59,322 bases of DNA from an uncultured Nitrospinota bacterium (lineage in GTDB: Bacteria > Nitrospinota > Nitrospinia > Nitrospinales > VA-1): the NCBI GenBank assembly GCA_905612265.1, contig CAJQRI010000015.1, forward strand, positions 1-59,322. Reading direction: 5' to 3'. The translations under genes and the position numbers were made by a program. Positions 57,617 through 59,322 of this stretch are shown here, piece after piece; position 1 is the first letter of the stretch; each line of letters begins with the position of its first letter. The notes under the pieces were generated by a model, which had not been told where the DNA came from, searched no databases, and worked only from the letters and a program-made list of their open reading frames with translations.

Positions 57617-59322
57617 AGACTTCGCGAGGCCTGGCTCCTTCAGACGGACCCACCACCCCTTCTCGCTCCATGGTTTCAATGATTCGTGCAGCCCGATTAT
57701 AGCCTATTCTCAAACGCCGTTGAATATAGGAAATCGAAGCCTGCCTGTCTTTGGCAACAATGGCAAGGGCTTCATCATATTTTTCATCAAATGGTTCTTC
57801 CTCTTCTCCACCACTCTTCCCGTCTTCAACAACCGAGTCAAAAATATCTTCCAGATAATGGGGTTTCGCCTGTTTCTTGATGTAGTCCACAATTCGCTGT
57901 ATCTCCTCATCGCTGACCATGACACCATGCAGTCTATGAAGTTTTGAAGTTCCCGGAGGCAAAAACAACATATCCCCTTTACCAAGGAGTTTGTCGGCAC
58001 CCATGGCATCCAGAATAGTTCTTGAGTCTACTCTCGAGGTGACTTTATAAGACATGCGGGTGGGAAAGTTTGCCTTGATGATTCCCGTCAAAACATCTAC
58101 CGAAGGACGTTGCGTAGCAACAATCAGATGAATGCCTGCCGCTCTTGCCATTTGCGCCAAACGGGTTAACGATTCTTCCACTCCTTTGGATGCGACCATC
58201 ATAAGGTCGGCCAACTCATCAATCAGGATGACAACATAAGGGAGCTTGGCGGGAGGCTCCGGTATTATGTCCTCGTCTTCATCCACATCTTCAGGACTTT
58301 TGGGCTTTACCCCTGCATTTGCTTTATCGCGTTTCTTAAGTTCCAGATCATATTCTTTCTGGAGTTTCTCTGTGTGCTCGTTAAAACCGTTGATATTACG
58401 AACTCCACACTCGGCCATCATTTTGTAACGAGATTCCATTTCGTTGACCGCCCACTGGAGCGCAGCCGCAGCTTTTTTAGGATTGGTCACCACAGGAGAA
58501 ATAAGATGCGGAATGCCATCATAAATCGATAACTCTAGCATCTTGGGATCAATCATGATCATTTTGACTTCATCAGGAGTCGCATTTAAAAGGATACTGC
58601 AAATCATAGCGTTGAGCCCAACACTCTTGCCCGATCCAGTCGAACCCGCCATGAGTAAATGCGGGGTTTTCGCCAGATCCTGCACGGCTGGTTCTCCGGT
58701 TATATCTTTGCCAATTACAAGAGTGAGTTTAGATACCGATTCCTGAAACACATCCGAAGTCATTACATCTTTAAAATAAATAGTCTCACGCCGTAAATTG
58801 GGAATTTCGATGCCCACTACCGGTTTTCCCGGTACTGGTGCTAGAATGCGAAGCCCTACACAACGCAACGCTAACGACAAATCGTCTGTTAGAGAAACAA
58901 TTCGGCTGACCTTGATTCCCGGTGCCGGTTCATATTCAAACAAAGTAATGACTGGGCCGGGCAGAACCTGTACTACTCGTCCTTCAATGCCAAAGTCCAA
59001 TAATTTTTTTTCCAGGATTGCACTGCTGGCAAGAATTTCATTCCGGGCTTTATCGTCCTGAGTGTCTCTGCCCGGCGGTGGGTCCTCCAGCAATGAAAGT
59101 GGAGGAATCTGATACTTGCCCGTTGAATTCATGAATGCAAAATTATCCTGAACGACAAACTCGGCCTTCTCTTCCCTAGATTTCTTTTTTCCTGATTTCT
59201 CTTCAGCTTTCAAAAACGGCTCAGTCCGACTGCGTGTGATGATCACCGGTTGCACAGCCGCCTTATTAATCTCCTGCATCTCCTTCCTTACAATTTGAAA
59301 TTTTTTAATCAAAATTCGAGTA
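57591..59322 (-). CDS. ftsK: DNA translocase FtsK/SpoIIIE (linker, motor and gamma domains; 5' end outside window)
   Basis: The frame is open to the window edge, and the TTG at 59312 is internal. It has Walker A MAGSTGSGKS, Walker B VVILIDELADL and the gamma winged helix ASISYIQRRLRIGYNRAARIIETME. Confidence 0.95.
   Translation of the reverse strand, partial: TRILIKKFQIVRKEMQEINKAAVQPVIITRSRTEPFLKAEEKSGKKKSREEKAEFVVQDNFAFMNSTGKYQIPPLSLLEDPPPGRDTQDDKARNEILASSAILEKKLLDFGIEGRVVQVLPGPVITLFEYEPAPGIKVSRIVSLTDDLSLALRCVGLRILAPVPGKPVVGIEIPNLRRETIYFKDVMTSDVFQESVSKLTLVIGKDITGEPAVQDLAKTPHLLMAGSTGSGKSVGLNAMICSILLNATPDEVKMIMIDPKMLELSIYDGIPHLISPVVTNPKKAAAALQWAVNEMESRYKMMAECGVRNINGFNEHTEKLQKEYDLELKKRDKANAGVKPKSPEDVDEDEDIIPEPPAKLPYVVILIDELADLMMVASKGVEESLTRLAQMARAAGIHLIVATQRPSVDVLTGIIKANFPTRMSYKVTSRVDSRTILDAMGADKLLGKGDMLFLPPGTSKLHRLHGVMVSDEEIQRIVDYIKKQAKPHYLEDIFDSVVEDGKSGGEEEEPFDEKYDEALAIVAKDRQASISYIQRRLRIGYNRAARIIETMEREGVVGPSEGARPREVYVSPIEIE

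Noticed and set aside
1-59322. CRISPR arrays, tandem or dispersed repeats, IS elements, prophage or defence-system genes, rRNA operons
   Set aside because: Reading through all intergenic regions showed no repeat-spacer periodicity and no transposase, integrase, nuclease or helicase defence-type ORFs. Every ORF over 100 aa that is not a shadow frame is accounted for by housekeeping or envelope functions.

Overview
This 59.3-kb window comes from a diderm (LPS-making), moderately AT-rich bacterium and is almost entirely housekeeping. About 31 kb of the minus strand (39972 down to 8776) is one co-directional block. It runs from a strong sigma70 promoter through tRNA-Thr(UGU)/Tyr/Gly/Thr(GGU), rpmG, tRNA-Trp, secE-nusG, rplKAJL, rpoBC, rpsLG-fusA-tuf and the S10/spc/alpha ribosomal clusters to rplQ. 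Many gene junctions in it overlap by 0-4 nt. Below this block on the minus strand lie rho, rpmE, prfA, prmC, murA, waaF and a Zn-ribbon/DUF2007 gene, plus a truncated GT2 gene on the plus strand. Above it lie a lipoprotein/amidohydrolase/ICMT-like trio, lpxK, two divergently oriented tandem waaA (Kdo transferase) paralogs, leuS-lptE-holA, rpsT, an RlmM-like methyltransferase, a TPR protein and glpE. A minus-strand operon then runs from the 3' part of ftsK through a retropepsin-like protease, an SGNH-like hydrolase, a PlsC-like acyltransferase and a gamma-CA-like protein to an MTAP-like phosphorylase. By hand I added rpmJ, rpmG and five tRNAs, none of which the >=60-aa ORF track lists. I also corrected several over-extended ORF starts (rpsD, rpsL, rpsT, rplF, rplJ, nusG, leuS). 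I found no CRISPR array, IS element, transposase, integrase, phage gene, rRNA or obvious toxin-antitoxin or defence module, so I cannot claim a clear novel system. The best novelty candidates are: (1) a Cys4 zinc-ribbon-like insertion in the RpoB N-terminal region; (2) the tandem, divergent waaA paralogs; (3) the uncharacterised protease/SGNH/acyltransferase genes coupled to ftsK; (4) two decayed gene remnants, one REC-Hpt and one with an in-frame TGA plus a frameshift; (5) the long unexplained spacer upstream of rho. All functional calls rest on motif and synteny recognition by eye; no database search was run.
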